Numbered from the stretch's first letter, positions 39,196 to 52,987 are shown. The stretch is DNA of 64,000 nt from Octopus bimaculoides (GCF_001194135.2 NC_069002.1:36389046-36453045); one strand, 5' to 3'. The notes: generated by a model not told the origin, from the sequence alone. Numbers and translations are program-made.

Positions 39196-40309
39196 TCTAA
39201 AAGTTCCATCTTTGAGTGTCATGCAATTTATATTGGATAATATCGTTAAATGACAATAGAAAATAAACGTAGGTATACTCTGAGCGTAATACTGTGTAAA
39301 GTTACATCAAGAATTTAATCATGTTCAATATATAATCGCACAAGACTCATAGAATATTCAAAGAGAAGATTCAAAACAGGAAAGAATAGTCAGAAAATAT
39401 TGTGCGTATTACAGTGTAAAATAAATTGATATTGAAGCTAAAGATGTTCCACGGAAATAAATATAAGAATATAAGAGATTTCGGGATCGATACACTAAGT
39501 ACCAGTTGAACAATGGAGTTCATGTAACCAACTTAGCTCCTTCCCCGAAATTGCTGGCCTTGTGCCAAAATTTGAAACCAATATTTTACATCACTCTTGT
39601 ACGAAGTTATATCCGTCGTGTGCCAAGGGAGATCATTCTTAACCAACACTGCCATGAGTTGTTTCTTGTTCAGAAAGGGAGTTATTTCAAGAACGACAAG
39701 TGACGGTAGGCTTTCTGAACTTTAGTATGTCGCCAAAGTTGCTTCCCTTATATACACTGTCTTTTTTTTTTTTAAGAGTAGCGCGAAGCTAGCAAGAAGG
39801 CGTTTATATAGGTTACGTCTGTTACATTATATTAGGCAGATAGTGAGATAAAGAAACCTAAAAACCTAAAATCTTCTTAAATAATGAGTAAAAGACCTTA
39901 TGTCAAATAAAGGAATATATAAGAAAATAAACCAGATATCGTTATCAGAAATACATGCATAGGAGTTTATATCGATTACTATATCAGTCGAGAGATTATC
40001 ATAAAATAATCCCGGTAAATTCCAGAACGTAAATGTCACAAAGAAACTATTATAATAAACGCCTTACAATGATTGAAAAATATTCAGTGAAATACATGAC
40101 TAAATCCAGGAAGCTTATACAACACAGAAGTTGTCACCACTAGGACTTGCACATATTATATAAGGCGCATTTCATGTAATAACACGTAAAAAATATATGC
40201 AAAAAACTGCGTATACGAAACCAAGGTACACAAAACCGTGCTCGGATGCGAAATGAAATCACGAAATAACGAATGTAAGACTAAAAATAATTCTAATACT
40301 TGGCAGGCA

Positions 40310-41530
40310 CATGTCCCGAAATATTGAGAGATGGAGTAAGAGGGTTACATCGCCTCCAGTCCTTGAATGGTACTATTTCTTATCGACCCCAAAAGGATGA
40401 AAGTCAAAGTTTAATTAATGATAATCTAAGGCGGCGAGCTGGCAGAATCGTTAGTACGCCGGGCAAAATGCTTAATTGCATTTCGTAATTCTTTACGTTC
40501 TGAGTTCAAATTCCGCAGAGGTCGACTTTGCCTTTCATCCTTTCGGGGTCGACAAATTAAGTACCAGTTGCATACTGGGGACGATCTAATCGAATGGTGC
40601 CCCCTCCCCAAAAATTTCGGACCTTGTGCCTAGAGTAGAAAAGAATTAATGCTAATCCTTTCTACTATTGGCACAAGGCCTGGAATTTGAGGTGGGAAGG
40701 GTTAGTCGATGACATCGAGCCCAGTGCTCAACTGGTAGTGATTTTATCGACCTCGAAAGGAGGAAAGGGTAAGTCTACCTCGGCGGAATTTGAATTCAGG
40801 ACGCAAAAGAAGGACGAAATGCCACNNNNNNNNNNNNNNNNNNNNNNNNNNNNNNNNNNNNNNNNNNNNNNNNNNNNNNNNNNNNNCCTTACTACTTTAG
40901 GCCAAGGCCTGAAATTTGCGGGGAAGAGGTAAGTCTATTACATCGAACCCAGTGCGTAACTGGTACTTATTTAATCTACCTCGGAAAGATGAAAGGCAAA
41001 GTCGACCTCGGTGGAATTTGAACTCAGAACGAAGCGGCAGACGAAATGCCGCTAAGCATTTCGTCCCGCATACCGGCTCACCACCCTTGTCCTGTCTACA
41101 ATAGACACAAGGCCTGAAATTTGGGGGTCAATCGATTACATCGACCCCAGTGCGTAACTGGTACTTAATTTATCGACCCCAGAAAAGATGAAAGGCAAAG
41201 TCGACCTCGGCGAAATTTGATCTCAGAACGTAACGACGGGCGAATTACGAGCTAAGCTCTTCGTCCAGTGTGCTAACGGTTCTGCCAGCTCGCCGTCTTA
41301 GTTTAAATACGAATAACAAATAATCATATGTGATTATAAAGCAGCGAGCTGGTGAAATCCTTACAGAACCAGATAAAACTGACGCCTTTCTTCCGATTTT
41401 ACATTTTGAGTTCAAATTCCGCAGAAGTTGCCTTTTGGGGCCGACGAAATAAGTACTAGTTGAGCACTGATGTTGATGTCACCGACTTTCCCAGCTCCCA
41501 CAAAGCCGCTGATCTTGGGCCAAAATTTGA
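40310..41530. mobile_element. Cluster of at least five tRNA-derived SINE copies in mixed orientation
   Basis: Repeated core ttctgagttcaaattccgc..gaggtcgactttgcctttcatcctttcggggtcga. Other copies lie at about 2927-3107, 5410-5610, 10480-10720, 13390-13570, 28255-28430 and 61645-61880. Confidence 0.85.
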
Positions 41531-42876
41531 AATTAATAATATACGAGTATGTCTCTATGCGTATAACATAAAGGATGTGACTAAGGATCACAAATAATTG
41601 TCTGAGACGCCATATTGTCAACTGCTAATGATAATAACAACTGTGTCTTACTTAGATAAAGATGAATTTCTCAAGATGGTTGGCAATAATGGGAATGTCT
41701 TATATTAAAGGAAAGTTTTGTTTTTTTAATAGCTCTTCCTTTAAATATGAGCATACCAGTGATTAAAGTCATTTTAGCTTCGCCGATTACGTTCTTTATT
41801 CAAAGATAATGTATCTACAATGATACTGAAAAAAAGAATATTTACATACAATTATAAATATATACATACATATATGGATGTATGTATGTATGTATGGATG
41901 TATGGATGTAAATATATATGTATATATATATATATATATATACATACGTATATGAATGTATGTATGTCTGTATATAAACCTTTTTCTATTTACTCTTCCT
42001 GTTTATTTCTGTGTTCCTTTCTGTCGAAGAGCATAGGCTCGAAACGTTAAAGACTTTCTCACGTCTGTTTGTTGTTTACACACCGGTCTTCGTCTTTTGT
42101 TTTGTTTTTTTTTTTGTTTTTTTGTTTTTCTTTGTAAGTTCTCACAATTCAAGTTTGATCCAAACAAGAGACTCCTCTGAGGCTTCAATTAATTGCTAAT
42201 GAAAATGAAAGACTAAATTCACATTTGATGTTTCTCTATTGCAGCGGTTTTCAACCATTTTTGAAAAATGGATCCCTTTAATTCTTCTTTTACTCTGCCG
42301 GACCTTCATAATCATTCGATGATTAAAAAATTCCCATTGTATTCTTATCGTTAAATATCAAGAGGATTTCTATAAAAACATTAAAATATTTCGTGTATTA
42401 TAAATGTATAACCAATTTATTGCGCATTATTTTCAACAACTATATTTAAATGGACGCTCAGGGGTCAAACGGACCCTGGTTGAGAATCACTGTTCTATTG
42501 ACTCTGCATTATATGAAGTCACGTCAAAATTGAAATAGCATATGAAAACTAACAGCAGCAAGCCATTGTTGTTCGCCTCGATCTTCTTTTTCACATATGT
42601 AGAATATTATACTAGACACGTTTCAAATAAAACAATAACAGTCTGCAACAATTGATTTCTATGCAACTTTCAAATCTATTTATTTTTGTCTTTTTCACAT
42701 AGCAGCATTATCCATTCTAAACAGCGCGTCATTCAACAAAGGAATTGAATTTCTTGGAGAAACCATGCCTAACATTTTCTACACACGAGTTACCCAATAA
42801 GCGTTTATATGCGAGCATTTCTATAAACGTGCCTTTAATTTGAAATATTTACTCTTCAATTGCTAATTTATTACTG

Positions 42877-43717
42877 TTAATTAAAAACTACAAAATAAAA
42901 TTTGCAAAATCTTGGAGAAGTCAACACTAAATAAAGAAAATAATAATATATATATATATAAATAAAACCACGTGTTGTTGTCATCTTTGAGCTACCACCA
43001 TGCATCGTAGACAACTTTAAACACTTGCATTTATTCCATGTTGTACTACATACGCACTCATGATATTTACAGCATGAATCTTCATTCGGCGGCAAAGCGG
43101 GGTTACAATACTTTGAACAAATAGGCAGCCTTCTCTTAGTTCTGACTCTGGAAATAGCAACAATAGAAAGGAAGTTGTATAAAAAAACAATTTAGAGATT
43201 CGATTGGATAAATAAAGTTATCGACAAAATGACCTAGGTGACCATAAAAATGTCTTACGCGCACACATATTGAAATATTTCAGTTTGTCAGCAGTAGTAA
43301 AAAAAAAAAAAGAGTGTACCCAATATTGAATTCTTTTTTTTTTTATGTCAACAGTTTCAGGCCAGTGCGACTGTCAGGCAAGATCTATTTTCTTTCGTAA
43401 ATCCGTCTGGTTTTCTACACTTCATATTGATTTCATTTTGTTGTCTATGTCCTTCTTAATATTGACCGATTTGTATTTTTTTTATTGAAGCGTTTGCGTT
43501 GTGCTACTTTATAGAATGCAGTTGGGCCTTAAAGACAATTTGAAAGCTCGCTACACAATAAAGTTTTGCGTTCAAATGGAGGAAAACGCTGCAGAACTTA
43601 TGAAATGCTCCAAACTGTTTATGGATCAATGAATATCAGCTAAGCATCTGTTTTGTGGCATCTAGGGTTACTTTGTTTAGGAATTTTTCTTTTCGAACAA
43701 TTTAATTTGTTGTGATG

Positions 43718-43751
<34 letters not shown>

Positions 43752-44134
43752 CAACAACAACAACAACAACAATAATAATAAAACATCTAAAAAATTGATA
43801 ATATAAAATTCTTACTTTTTGTCAAAATCTTTCTGTTCGTCAAACAAATCGTCAGATTTAACAGGATCTGCAAATGTTGAATAAGCAGTTTCAAGAATCA
43901 ACTTTTGGTTTAACAAAATTCTTATATAAAAATATTTAAATAGTCATTTGGTGATACAAAAACAAACAACAAAAGAAAATCCCTCCCCCTGACTCGGACT
44001 CTCTCCTGCTATTTCAACAAACTCTCAGATCGCTATGTACCTGTTGGTTGTAGTGAGAACTTACTTTGCTTATATGAAAGGGTGTATGAATTAAATATGC
44101 ACAAGCAGAAACAGACGGCAATTATGGCTTTCAT
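42877..44134 (-). CDS. Knottin (ICK, agatoxin-like) precursor gene E, 130 aa, 3 coding exons, hydrophobic tail
   Basis: Exons are 44134-44065 (acceptor at 44142, CAAA|GTAAGT), 43867-43816 (52 nt, AA|GTAAGA) and 43147-42877. Protein: MKAIIAVCFCLCIFNSYTLSYKQNPVKSDDLFDEQKDFDKKVRTKR/RLPICSKYCNPALPPNEDSCCKYHECVCSTTWNKCKCLKLSTMHGGSSKMTTTRGFIYIYIYYYFLYLVLTSPRFCKFYFVVFN*. The exact C-terminus is less certain because weak donors exist in the tail. Confidence 0.84.
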
Positions 44135-44853
44135 CACGCACCTGTTAATATAAAATATAAAATAAGAATAGGTGTTAGAGACATACAGAGAAGGTGATTT
44201 CTAAGAAGGAAAGAAACTTCAAAGGAAACTTAAATGAGAGAAGCAAACTTAGAAAAGTTGCTGTTGCAGAAAGTAACTTTGAAGTAGCGGTCAGAACAGT
44301 TTAAACCAGTAAATGTCATCGTGTCTCTTCCTGCTTCCCAGTACAAAACGTGGTGGTAGGGAAATGTCGTTAGCTCATAATTTATTCAGATGAGACCAAA
44401 TATCTAGAAACGTTAGAGGACAAAGGTCAATCTAGGACACGCACTCACACACAAACAGCTAGATAGATAGACAGGCAGACAGGCAGGCAGACAGACAGAT
44501 AGATATCAATTATATAGGAATAGATAGAGACACAAAAATGGAAAAATAGGTGTACAAATGAATTATTACAACACTGAACTCTCTCTGAGTGGTTGGCGTT
44601 AGGAAGGGCATCCAGTTGTAGAAACTCTGCCAAATCAGATTGGAGCCTGGTGTAGCCATCTGGTTTCACCAGTCCTCAGTCAAATCGTCCAACCCATGCT
44701 AGAATGGAAAGCAGACGTTAAACGACAAGGATGATGATGACGATGATGAACATGTTTTTGCAGAATTCATATCTATTTCTAACATCTTAACTCCCCTGCA
44801 AATATTGAAGCAATGCGATACAGAATGAAGCACTGATACATATCTACTCAAAT

Positions 44854-44907
<54 letters not shown>

Positions 44908-46499
44908 CAACAAATGCTCCATTTTCCTACCTAGAACATAATTAATGCCACGCACTCTGCATTGTTATTTCTTGCGGATAATTTAAACGTTACCTACATG
45001 TTAAACTGAAGGTATTATTTGAAACCTAAGTAATATGCAGATTTCTCTGGTGCAAAGATAAAGCCAGTTGGTAATGCTTGTATAACGTCGTCCATCCACA
45101 AACTTAAATTTCATTTAACTACGCTCGCTGCTTCCTAGTCTTTCTCCATTTATTGTCTTTCTCTTTCTTTCGTTTTGTTGAGAGACAGACCGAGAGAGAG
45201 AGAGAGAGGGAGAGAGAAAGAAAGGTTTATCTGCTATTGGAATAGAATATTCTCGTAGTTAATACAACTATCGCCATCTGGGCGATCTTCCGGTACAATA
45301 CCTAAGATCGCCATCTGGGCGGTCATTATATATCTTGTCCGTTCCAATAAATATATTATAAATTACATGTGACATACACAACATTTTGAATGTCTCCTTC
45401 TCTATAAATAATATTTATTACTTCATCGATACACGGACAAAGTAATGAATTGACACTACAGGAGTTTTAATTTTCATTGTCTCTACTGAAAATTTTAAGT
45501 GTAATTGTAAATCAACAAAGCAAAAGCCATCAGCAATAAATGACAATATTCCATAAGGCACACACATTTAGAAATAGGTCAATATTTTGTGACAGCTGCA
45601 ACTAATATAAAAAAAAAAAAACCACATGGAATTCTAAATTTGAAAAACAATTTCGACTTGTTTTTGGTTTAGCCAGCAATCTTAAAGAAGCAATCGTTGC
45701 ACCGTAAGGCTTCCAGGAATAAGGAATTGATTAATTTATAGGTTATCTACAAACCGGAAAGCTGCTTCGAATACTTACACAAACAGTTCCTGCTAAAAGT
45801 ACCCAAACTAAAGGCCAGGTAAATTATTTGGCATCTTAATATGGACACAATCCCGATAAGCTTTTGTGTTTCCGTCTGCTTAATTTTATTCAGAAAATAT
45901 AATTTTAAAAAGGACTTATGGCTTATTTAAGAGATTGAAACAAGAAAATTCTGGTTGAGAAATTAACTCCGTGTTAAAAAATCAAAGAAATGCAACCTGT
46001 GTGTAGTGAAAGAAGCACAGCAGAGATTTAAAGTTTAGAACTGAGATTTTCACTAAATACATCAATCCGATGCATAACACAACATTGTTAATAGTACAGA
46101 TTTAGTGTGTAAAATCAGTGTGTAAGTTTACTGTAAAAGTGAATTACTGACCTAGAGAATTGTAGTGTGATCACCCGGCGAAAAACCTTTTTTTTTTTTT
46201 CCAATTTCAAAAGAGAAACTTAACGGATTGATATATTTAGTGAAAATCTCAGTTCAAAACTTTAAAAACTCTGCTGTGCTTCTTTTTCCGATTTCGTTCA
46301 CGCTTGGTGAATACATCACTTATGTTCCACAGATGGTTCTACACTCTCCAGATTATTCACTTATGGAGTAATATGGAGTAATGGGGCTTCTAGAGAAAGG
46401 GTCAGAAAAACCTCCATTTCTGTTGTACGGTGACTATTGTTAACAAGGGAGGTAACTCTTTGCGAAGTAACATTCAGAAATTGATCGTCTTCGTTACAT

Positions 46500-48119
46500 T
46501 TGTTTCCCTTGCTACACTTTTTTGGTCGACAATCGGTGGGCTGTTCCCCCACAACAAGATGCTCTGAGAAACATTTCATGCACACAACAACGTAGAATTC
46601 TGTAATTCTGTCAAATCCATACGTTACGTATGCAAATACATTACCAAAGGATCAACAGATTTTACAAATGATGAAGTGACTCTTTTCGAAACTAGACGCT
46701 ACATATCCACTAATGAAGCCATACGGAGAACCTTAGGATTCCTAATTCATGAATGATACCCTCCTATGATTCATCTCAGCGTTCATTTGGAAAATAGTCA
46801 GTGAATTTACTTTACAGAAGACAAGCTCATTCAAGAAGATGCTGCCCCGCCAAAGACCACTCTCACGGTCTTCTTTCATCTATGCAAAGTCGACTCCTTC
46901 GCAAAGTCTATTTTGTACGCTGAAGTGCCACATCATTATACATGGAATCAATCATCTTCCCAGTGGCAACGACGAAAACAAGCCTGGCCTACGCAGCTGG
47001 ATCCAGCCGTGTACAAAGACGACACAATCGAATGCGTCTACACAGTTCAACCCCTGAACTCTGAATGCTTCCATCTGCAGCTTTTATTTCATGTCATTAA
47101 GGGACCAACCTCTTTCGACAACCTTCGCACAGTGGACGGCCATTTATGAGGAACTGTCAAAGATGCCTGCTCCAAACAGGGACTTTTGGATACAGATGAT
47201 CAATATGATAATGCACTCGAAGAGGCCTCTCTGTGTCATTCTCCACACAAGCTTCGACACCTTTCTGCAACAGAGTTAGTTTTCTGCAACCTGACAGATG
47301 CACATTCACTTTGGAATAAATACAAAGACTCAATGCACCATGACATTTTGCTGCAGACTCACCAAATCACAGGTAGCGTTGGCACTCCCACTACTCCTGC
47401 CATTTACAACAGAGAGCTTCTTCTCTTAGAAGACTTGGTTATGGCAATTGGAGGTCAACGATTGGACGCTTATTCTCTCAACACTCCAGACAGAAATGAA
47501 GACGCCTGTCCCAGTCACCTCATTCTCAGAGAAACATCCGACAACATCCACAAACTCAAACAGTACATTGCTGACAACGAGCCCCTTCTGAATTCTGATC
47601 AAGCTGACGAATACAATTTTGTCCTCGGAAACATCTACACACAAACACTATCCAACAGAATTTCTCAACTCCTAAGATCCTCCAGGACTCCCGTCCCACG
47701 AACTTCACTTGAAAAATCGGTTGCCCGTCATCCTCCTATGCAATCTAAACACACCTACACTATGCAATGGAACTCGCCTTGTGGTCAAACAAATGATGGA
47801 CCACGTCATTGAAGCCCAAATTATCACGGGACACGTCAAAACCGACACCGTTTTCATTCTGAAAATTCCTCTAACCCCAACAGACTGCTCCTACCCTATG
47901 CAGAGACTTCAGTTCCCTTTGAAACTCAGCTTCGCCATGACAATTAACAAAGCACAAGATCAGTCGCTGAAAGTTGTCGGATTCGACCATCAAACATCGT
48001 GCTTTTCACATGGACAGTTCTTCATCGGTTGTTCCAGAGTTGGCCATCTAGACAACTTATTTACCTATGCTCTTGAAAGAAAAACCAAAAATGTCGTCTA
48101 CGAAGCAGTCCTACAGTAG
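46500..48119 (+). mobile_element. Decayed Helitron RepHel (Rep end plus PIF1-like helicase C-terminus)
   Basis: Frames read VDNRW..., NVEFCNSVKSIRYVCKYITKG, HLENSQ*IYF, SECFHLQLLFHVIKGPTSFDNLRTVDG, LCNGTRLVV, and LQFPLKLSFAMTINKAQDQSL...FSHGQFFIGCSRVG. Multiple stops and frameshifts. Confidence 0.9.
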
Positions 48120-50550
48120 TTATTCCTCTACTGCAATCTTCACATCAACGCCAAACTGTAGCCGTTAGCAATCAGACATCCTGCAAGCATTTCATTGGTA
48201 TTTCGCTTCATTTCCCTGATTGCTGTTAATAGCACCTTATCTTCAATGACCCTTCTTACTTCATGCACGCAGTTCGCTCATAAGCATGCTCTGACATTTA
48301 TTTATGTAAGCACTAGCTCTTTTGTATAAAACAGCCCTAAAATGATATCTGGTTATACTGTGGGTTTTTTTTACATCTAGAACATTTAACATGGTTCGAA
48401 TCCTGCGGATCTGAAACACATTCACCTAATGACCAGATTGAAACATGAGTAGACACTTTTTATACTTTTTTCTGTTAATTTATGTTCCTTTTAATTTTAT
48501 TTGTATTAAATGGTTTGCTATGTTTTTATCGTGATACAAATAAGTATGAACTATATATTTTTTCTCTATTTTCCTCTATAAATACAACTATATATATACA
48601 CACACAATGGGTTTCTTTCAGTTTCTGTCAACCAAATCTGCTCACAAGGTTTTGGTCGGTCCAAGGCTATAGCAAAAGACACTTGCCCAAGGGACCACAC
48701 AGTGAAGTTGGGCCCGAAACCATGTGGTCGAGAAGCAAGCTTCTTACCACACAGCCATGCCTGCACTTATATAAAGAACATAAGTATCTTGAAAGAAAAA
48801 TTTGGCATTGAAGTATGAGGAATAGTGTGTAAGAGAGAAGCATGACCAAATATAGGAATATAACGTACATGAGGAATGATTGTTGGATAAAAAAATACTG
48901 TCAAATAATGCAAGTAGAAGAGGCCTGTGGATGAAAAAGACCAAAGAAGACTTAGGAAGGAGCAGTGAGGATGTTCAGCCTCACAAAGGAAGAAAAAATG
49001 GTGAAATACTGAAACCAGTGGAGAGACAATGTGTTGGCTTTGCTGGCATTAATTGTACTGGAATGTTACGGTTATGCTGTAAAAATGATGAAGATAATGA
49101 TGACGTAAAAATTTTAATTTTCTTTACATCAAATATACTTTTCTTTTTTGGTGCCATCAGACCAACAACTTCATTATCCTAGTCATCATTTAGTGTCTGT
49201 ATTCCATGCTGGCATGGGTTAGATGGTTTGACTAGGATTGATAAGCCAGAAAGCTGTACCAGGCTCCAGTCTGATTTGGTTTGGTTCCTACAGCTGGATG
49301 CTCTTCCTAATGCCAACCACTCCAAGAGTGTAGTGGGTGCCTTATACATGTCACTGGTATGAGTGTCTTTTCATGTGTTACTGGCACAGGTGCCTTCTAT
49401 GTGTCACCGGCACAGGTGCCTTGGAATTTTTGCGCAACATTATAAAGATGGTTTACCAATGCCTTCCTTTATAAGCTCATCTTACTGTCCAGACACAGAT
49501 AAGTTTGCCATATTGGCCTAGATATTCTCAATGTAAAGAGCTGGAACAAATGCTGCAAAGCACTTTGTCCAACATTCTAACAATTATACCACTGCACCAC
49601 CGTGGATTGCTATCTATTTTATTAACCTTACAAGGATAAAAGTTAAAGTTGGCCTATGCAGCTGGATCCAGCCCTTTCACCGTTCCCTCTCTCTCTCTCT
49701 CTCACTCCTTCTCTTCCTCCTTGACCCTCTCGTTGCTGACACCTGACGAAAGGGGTTCTTTCTTTCTGCCCACTGGTCTTCCTAAAGAACAGGCGTGAAT
49801 TCTTCTGTCTCTTCTACTTAGCGTTCATAATAATTTTTCTATCGTCTTGGCCCAACAGCCCTCACCATTTGTTTTTACTGTCGTGTTTTTACTTGTTTTT
49901 ACTGTTCTTATTGTTTTTACTGTCTTGTTCTCACTGTCTTTTTCTTGTTAACACTTTCACCCTCTGCAAAAAATTCCAAATTTTATTTAATTTGCTTTGC
50001 AGGAAGGACTATTCCAACGAAGTCGCGTATTGTCCTTGCCTTCGAAACGCAGAGTAGATGGAACAGGGACAACTGACAAAGGGATATACTCTTNNNNNNN
50101 NNNNNNNNNNNNNNNNNNNNNNNNNNNNNNNNNNNNNNNNNNNNNNNNNNNNNNNNNNNNNNNNNNNNNNNNNNNNNNNNNNNNNNNNNNNNNNNNNNNN
50201 NNNNNNNNNNNNNNNNNNNNNNNNNNNNNNNNNNNNNNNNNNNNNNNNNNNNNNNNNNNNNNNNNNNNNNNNNNNNNNNNNNNNNNNNNNNNNNNNNNNN
50301 NNNNNNNNNNNNNNNNNNNNNNNNNNNNNNNNNNNNNNNNNNNNNNNNNNNNNNNNNNNNNNNNNNNNNNNNNNNNNNNNNNNNNNNNNNNNNNNNNNNN
50401 NNNNNNNNNNNNNNNNNNNNNNNNNNNNNNNNNNNNNNNNNNNNNNNNNNNNNNNNNNNNNNNNNNNNNNNNNNNNNNNNNNNNNNNNNNNNNNNNNNNN
50501 NNNNNNNNNNNNNNNNNNNNNNNNNNNNNNNNNNNNNNNNNNNNNNNNNN

Positions 50551-50587
<37 letters not shown>

Positions 50588-50599
50588 TTATTTATTTCG

Positions 50600-52806
50600 T
50601 CAGCTGTGGAGCACAGAGTACTGGGATGGTGTCCAGTGCAGGATAATTCAGTTAAACTTTTAAGGGAAGAGGGGCTCCTTTGAATCTTCTGAGACAAACT
50701 CCTCCAGAGATGGTGCCTCAATAAAAATACTGGTGAATGTGACATCACCACTTTCCACAGCATGAGAGAGTAACGGATAAAAGAATGAATGCAAAGGTGT
50801 AAATGAGAGCAAAAGTTCAGGTGACAGGCATTCGCCCAGCAGGTGCCTAACAGGTGACCAGCACAGGTCTGGTTGTCATTATGCAGCTGCCAGAGCAAAA
50901 TGGTCTAAGGCGATGAATATAGCTGTCATGGAATGTTATTCTTTGTGTAGACAAGTTGATGTTGAAGAGAAATCCATAGGAGGATATTGAAAGAGAAAGC
51001 ATAGCATTTGGATGGAGATGCAGGGCTTAGACATTTTGGAATAGAGACTCTGTGACCAGGTAAGACCAATAAGGAAGAAGGGATGGCTAACAGCATTAAA
51101 GCTTGATGAGATTAAGAAGAGGATGATGATCGAAAACACAGTGAGTGAAGTTGAAGTGATCACAGATAATGTTGACGAGGTTGTATTTAATGAGGTGCCC
51201 AGGAGAATTATACAGGTTTAAGTTTTGAGAATACAGGACTGAACGATTAGGATAGAGGAATGATCAAAGATATCCCTAGTATCAAAGAGAAAAATCTAAA
51301 CATGGAACTAAATGGATTCAGGAAAGTGGATAGAATTTTGCTGAGGAGATGGACTCAAAAGGTAAATAAAATACTGAAAGAAATTAGGACAGATAATATA
51401 ACTGGAATGAATAAATTGATTAACGCTTGTATCATCTACGTAGGAAGGAACCATAGGCCCTGAACCAAACCATAAAAGAGGAAATGTAGAAAAAGAGCCC
51501 TGGTGGAAAAGAAAGATAAAGTAATCAATAAGGAAACTACAAATACATATCAACACGCTGGAAAGAAAAAAATATGGTGAAATCAGGAAGAAGGAGAAAT
51601 ATCAGGAATTAGAACATAGGTATGGGATCAAGAAAAAGGGGCTAATTATTGTCCTTGAAGACCTAAAACAAACACTGCAGGTTAAAGCTACAAAAATAAA
51701 GAGATATGACCAAAGAATTGAATAAGATAAAAATCAACAGATTGTTCCAACAGGATCAGAAAATAGTTTATCAGCAGCAAATGGAAACCAGAGACTGAAG
51801 AAAGTAGAAGATTTGGGAGCAATATCTGGAATAATATGAGAAGTGATAAGAAGGATGCTGAATAGCTGAAAGTATTAAGATTGGAGGAGAATGAAGTGAA
51901 ACAACAATATAAGAATAGTAAGTGAAATGGTGGCCACGTAGACAAGAAAGTTTCCAAACAGGAAAATGAAAACATGCATGGGTAATACCTCAAAGACAAA
52001 AGGGAAAACAAGACCAACACCTAGAAGTGGTTAAGGAAAAGTTATCTGAAAGGATGTACTGAGACACTGATATGTAATGCCCAGGTACAAGCTCTGAGAA
52101 CTAATTACACCAAGTTCCAAATAGATAAGAATAGTGAATCACCTCTTTGTAAGATGTGGGGCAGCAAAAACAGAACAGTCTTACATATGAGTGAATGTAG
52201 CAAACTGGCCTAAAGAGAGTACAAAAAGAAGCATGATAACATGGCTAAGTTTGTTCATTGGAGATTGTGTGAGAAGTACAGTCTTGGAAGAACATAGAAT
52301 TGGTAGAAACATAAACCAGAAGGCATTACTGAGAATAATGAATATAAGATCTTATGGGGTTTTGAAATTCAATGTGACTTGCTAATTGATGCTCAGAGAC
52401 CAGACATTGTTGCAGTGGATAAAAGGAAGAAGGAAACCAAGATTATAAATATTGCTATACCTGGGGACACACATGTAGGAGACAAAGAGCTGGAAAAGAT
52501 GAAGAAATACAAGTTACTAAGAAGAAATTGCAATAATGTGAAAAATGAAGAGAATAAATGTCACACCAGTAGTTGTTGGGGCAGAGAATAATGTTGGAAA
52601 AATAGGAATTGACATCAGAGGTTGAACGTGCTCAAAAAACTGCTCTGTTGGGCACAGCGAGGGCTTTGAGATTGGTACTTGGGTGTTAAGTATCATGGAA
52701 AGAGAACCTGTGACACCAGAGACAACAGTTTGCTGTCTGCTCTCGTAGAATTAACCAGCGCAAGTAAAATTGAGAGTTCTGAGAAGTAAAATATAATAAC
52801 AGTAAC

Positions 52807-52810
<4 letters not shown>
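50600..52810 (+). mobile_element. R4/Dong-like non-LTR retrotransposon, internally deleted and decayed
   Basis: N-terminal WSKAMNIAVMECY..QRLCDQVRPIRKKGWL and PWWKRKIK, then CKMWGSKNRTVLH..SECSKLA, RPDIVAVDKRKKETKIINIAIPGD, and KTALLGTARALRLVL. Followed by (AAT)n at 52808-52862. Confidence 0.8.
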
Positions 52811-52865
<55 letters not shown>

Positions 52866-52987
52866 CAAGAACAACTGTTAGAAATGTATATATTGCTTAT
52901 TGTTATTAGTTTAGAAATATATTTAAAAGAGAAACACACAAAAACAAAACAAAATACAACAATAACAAAAAAAGAAACAATCCTAAA

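Noticed and set aside
41652-41698. 47-nt minus-strand pro-exon-like segment ending in GTAAGA
   Set aside because: Wrong length, in-frame stop and no associated signal or mature exon.
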